The translations under genes and the position numbers were made by a program. Below are positions 61,821-64,000 of a stretch of DNA of 64,000 nucleotides, piece after piece; the first letter of the stretch is position 1, and each line of letters begins with the position of its first letter. This DNA is from an uncultured beta proteobacterium (GTDB taxonomy: Bacteria > Pseudomonadota > Gammaproteobacteria > Burkholderiales > Casimicrobiaceae): contig CAVSDH010000001.1 in assembly GCA_963726765.1 (NCBI GenBank), positions 10,900-74,899 on the forward strand. Direction: 5' to 3'. The notes under the pieces were generated by a model that did not search any database, was not told the origin of the DNA, and worked only from the letters and a program-made list of their open reading frames with translations.

Positions 61821-62231
61821 TTACTTGAGGTGATTCGAGACGAGCTTGGTCATCTCGAACATCGACACCTGCTTCTTGCCGCCGAACACGGCGCGGAGCT
61901 TCTCGTCGGCATTGATGAGGCGACGGTTGATGGAGTCCTGCAGCTTGTTCTTCTTGATGTAGTCCCAGATCTTCTTGGTGACGTCCGTGCGGGGCATCGG
62001 CATCGCTCCGACGACGGCGGCGAGCATCGCCGACGGGGTCATCGGCTTCATGAACGCGGCGTTCGGCTTGCGCTTTGCGGTGGATTTTTTCGCCGCGGGT
62101 TTCTTCGCCGGGGCCTTCTTTGCCGGGGCCTTCTTCGCGGGGGCTTTTTTCGCCGCGGGTTTCTTCGCGGGGGCCTTCTTCGCGGCGGGTTTCTTCGCGG
62201 ATTTCTTTGCAGCCTTCTTGGCGGTAGCCAT
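61821..62231 (-). CDS. SWIB/MDM2-domain protein with a Lys/Ala/Pro-rich histone-H1-like N-terminal tail
   Basis: ATG 62231 is preceded by AGGAAGGAGAA. The N-terminus is MATAKKAAKKSAKKPAAKKAPAKKPAAKKAPAKKAPAKKAPAKKPAAKK. The SWIB core is PMPRTDVTKKIWDYIKKNKLQD...EKLRAVFGGKKQVSMFEMTKLVSNHL. Confidence 0.8.
   Translation of the reverse strand: MATAKKAAKKSAKKPAAKKAPAKKPAAKKAPAKKAPAKKAPAKKPAAKKSTAKRKPNAAFMKPMTPSAMLAAVVGAMPMPRTDVTKKIWDYIKKNKLQDSINRRLINADEKLRAVFGGKKQVSMFEMTKLVSNHLK
62084..62222 (-). repeat. Imperfect tandem coding repeats encoding (A/P)AKK(A/P) units
   Basis: The plus strand shows reiterated ttcttcgc(g/c)ggggcc and ttcttcgcggcgggt units across this interval. Confidence 0.8.
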
Positions 62232-62525
62232 AATTCTCCTTCCTCTGAGTAAACGCTCAACACACTGCGCCGAACACTCTGAAGCAGGCCGTCCTGTCAC
62301 GGTGATTCCTGCTCCATCGGCGGCAACTATAGCGCAATTCCGAGGGAAGGGAATCCCTCGCGCGCGGTTTTTTCGCGGTGCTGCGCGAGGCGTGTTGCGC
62401 AGGCGGCGGGGCGAGGGTCCCTCGCGTCGGGCGCGCCCGACACCATCGGGGCGATCCATTCGGGCGCGACGTGGTTCGGGCGGCACCGTGCGTCTGGCGC
62501 CCGGGTGCGGATTCATCGCGCGAAT

Positions 62526-63728
62526 CTACCGCCCCATCAGCCCGATGATGGTCTGGATCGTGATCGCGTTGGCGATGTCGACGAAGAATGCCCCGACCAG
62601 CGGCACCACGATGAACGAGCGCGGGCTCGCCCCGTGCGCCTTGGTGATCGCGGTCATGACCGCGATCGCGGTCGGCGTCGCCCCGAGCGCCAGTCCGAAG
62701 TAACCGGAGGTCGAGACAGCCGCATCGTAGGTGCCGCCCAGCAGGCGGAACACCACCCACGCCAGTACCGTCCAGCAGACGACCGTCTGGGCGATGAGGA
62801 TCGCGAGCAAGGGGCCGGCAACCTCGAGGAGGGTCCACAGCTGCAGGCTCATGAGGCTCATCGCGAGGAACAGCCCGAGCGAGATGTCGGCCGCCAGCGC
62901 GAGCGGAGGGGTCCCGGTCGGCCATGGCAATCGCGGAAAGAGACGCGGGACGACATTGGCGAGCACGATGCCGGCAAGAAGCGCCGTGACGAATTCGGGC
63001 AGCTTGAGCCCCCAGCCGGTGATGAGACTGTTCAACTGACCCCCGATGGTCACGGCAATCGCGATCACCAGCAGCGTTTGCAGCATTCCGTCGACGTCGA
63101 GCTTGAGCTTGCCCTCGTCGGCATAGGCGAATCCGACGCTCGTGTGCTCCGCGGCGGCGGGTTCGAGACGGTGACGGCGGATCAGGAATCGTCCGAAGGG
63201 CCCGCCCAGCACGCCTCCCGCGACGAGTCCGAAGGTTGCGGCCGCCGTCCCGATCTCCATCGCGTTCGGCAGGTCGAACATCGAATTGAGCGACGGCGCC
63301 CAGGCGATCGCGGTGCCGTGCCCGCCCGACAGGCCGATCGAGCCCGCGAGCAGCCCCGTCGCGGGATTGGCCCCGAGGACGGTCGCGAGCGAGATTCCGA
63401 TCCCGTTCTGCATCCACAGGTTGACGACCGCAACCAGCGTGAGCACGGCGAGCGTCATGCCGCCCGCGGCGAGCATCCGGACGTTCGCGGAAAGGCCGAT
63501 CGTCGTAAAGAAGACGATCAGAAGGCCGTCGCGCCAGTCGAGCGTGAAGGACACCTGCGTTCCCGCGAGGAGGAAGAGCACGCCGAAGCCGACCGACGCA
63601 ACCACACCGCCGGTGACCGGTTCCGGAATGTTCCACTCCCGTAACGGCGGAACGTGCCGGTTGAGCCAGCGACCGAGGAACAGGACGAGGATGGCCAGGA
63701 TGAACGTCTGGCGCTGGTCGAGTTCCAC
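62526..63728 (-). CDS. gltS: Sodium/glutamate symporter
   Basis: 400 aa starting MELDQRQTFILAILVLFLGRWLN. It contains GLSGGHGTAIAW and about 10-12 TM helices typical of GltS. Confidence 0.9.
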   Translation of the reverse strand: MELDQRQTFILAILVLFLGRWLNRHVPPLREWNIPEPVTGGVVASVGFGVLFLLAGTQVSFTLDWRDGLLIVFFTTIGLSANVRMLAAGGMTLAVLTLVAVVNLWMQNGIGISLATVLGANPATGLLAGSIGLSGGHGTAIAWAPSLNSMFDLPNAMEIGTAAATFGLVAGGVLGGPFGRFLIRRHRLEPAAAEHTSVGFAYADEGKLKLDVDGMLQTLLVIAIAVTIGGQLNSLITGWGLKLPEFVTALLAGIVLANVVPRLFPRLPWPTGTPPLALAADISLGLFLAMSLMSLQLWTLLEVAGPLLAILIAQTVVCWTVLAWVVFRLLGGTYDAAVSTSGYFGLALGATPTAIAVMTAITKAHGASPRSFIVVPLVGAFFVDIANAITIQTIIGLMGR

Positions 63729-63878
63729 GGGAGATGCGGGCGCGGCGAAGGCGAGGTGTCCCCGGAAAGTGTAGGCTCGCGCGGAATGTGCGGCAAGTGC
63801 CGCGGTCGAGCCGCGCCATGCGGGTGCCGAACCGCGCCGGCGGCGAAGGCGTTGGCATTCGGACGCCTTGTTGCGACA

Positions 63879-64000
63879 ATGCGCGCCATGTCTGCCCCCA
63901 AGCGTCCCGCCATGCCGATCGTCCGCTCGGCCCTTGCCGTCCTGGGATTTGTCGCATACGCCGGCACCGCGCCGGCGCTGACCCTCACGTTCCTGACCGA
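63879..64000 (+). CDS. 5' end of an ORF encoding a signal-peptide-like N-terminus (truncated by the window edge)
   Basis: Reads MRAMSAPKRPAMPIVRSALAVLGFVAYAGTAPALTLTFLT... Only about 40 codons are visible. Confidence 0.3.
   Translation, partial: MRAMSAPKRPAMPIVRSALAVLGFVAYAGTAPALTLTFLT

Noticed and set aside
41882-62222. Repeat tracts examined as possible CRISPR or other non-coding arrays: (GGC)n at 41915-41935, (CTG)4 at 49428-49440, GAC runs at about 56594-56610, and AKK-coding repeats at 62084-62222.
   Set aside because: All lie inside coding frames and encode low-complexity peptide tracts. None has the repeat-spacer architecture of a CRISPR array, and no cas genes are present in the window.

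Overview
High-GC (about 68% by eye) chromosomal core segment with beta-proteobacterial (Burkholderiales/Rhodocyclales-like) gene content. I can support about 50 genes, nearly all housekeeping.

Gene order:
- dnaK (5' partial)-dnaJ, then a BaiN/HI0933 flavoprotein.
- A purine-salvage-like trio: 8-oxoguanine deaminase-like amidohydrolase, periplasmic binding protein, MocA-like cytidylyltransferase.
- A HAMP-GGDEF-EAL protein and a class I fumarase.
- An acetate module: acs, convergent with DUF4212 plus a large Na+/solute symporter, a TPR protein, a Yip1-like protein, a DnaQ-like exonuclease and a cNMP/CBS nucleotidyltransferase.
- purB, a class III cyclase-STAND-TPR protein, and dedA.
- tRNA-Leu(CAA)-queA-tgt-yajC-secD-secF.
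- A sulfatase and a 1606-aa NAD-glutamate dehydrogenase.
- DUF4337 and folA, a GlrK/QseG/GlrR-like two-component operon, and thyA.
- ArsR plus an MFS-acyltransferase fusion, then the DUF2339/DUF3999 pair.
- aroC, xseA, glnS, htpX, a GST.
- A gtrA-GT2-GT39 glycosylation module, a SWIB-domain protein with a histone-H1-like tail, and gltS.

I found no transposase, integrase, prophage, CRISPR array or recognisable defence or toxin system.

Most notable observations:
1. An orphan sigma-54 promoter sits right after the GlrR-like regulator gene. It has two perfect GlrR-type TGTC-N10-GACA boxes and drives an unannotated 57-codon ORF followed by three hairpins.
2. At least 12 single-nucleotide frame disruptions hit otherwise clearly functional genes, including glnS twice. 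There is also one in-frame TAA in the cyclase-STAND gene. Base-level assembly error is more likely than real decay.
3. An inverted pair of DnaA boxes lies in the xseA/glnS intergenic region.
4. The 3' CCA of tRNA-Leu overlaps the queA start codon.

All protein calls rest on motif and family recognition by eye. No database search was run.
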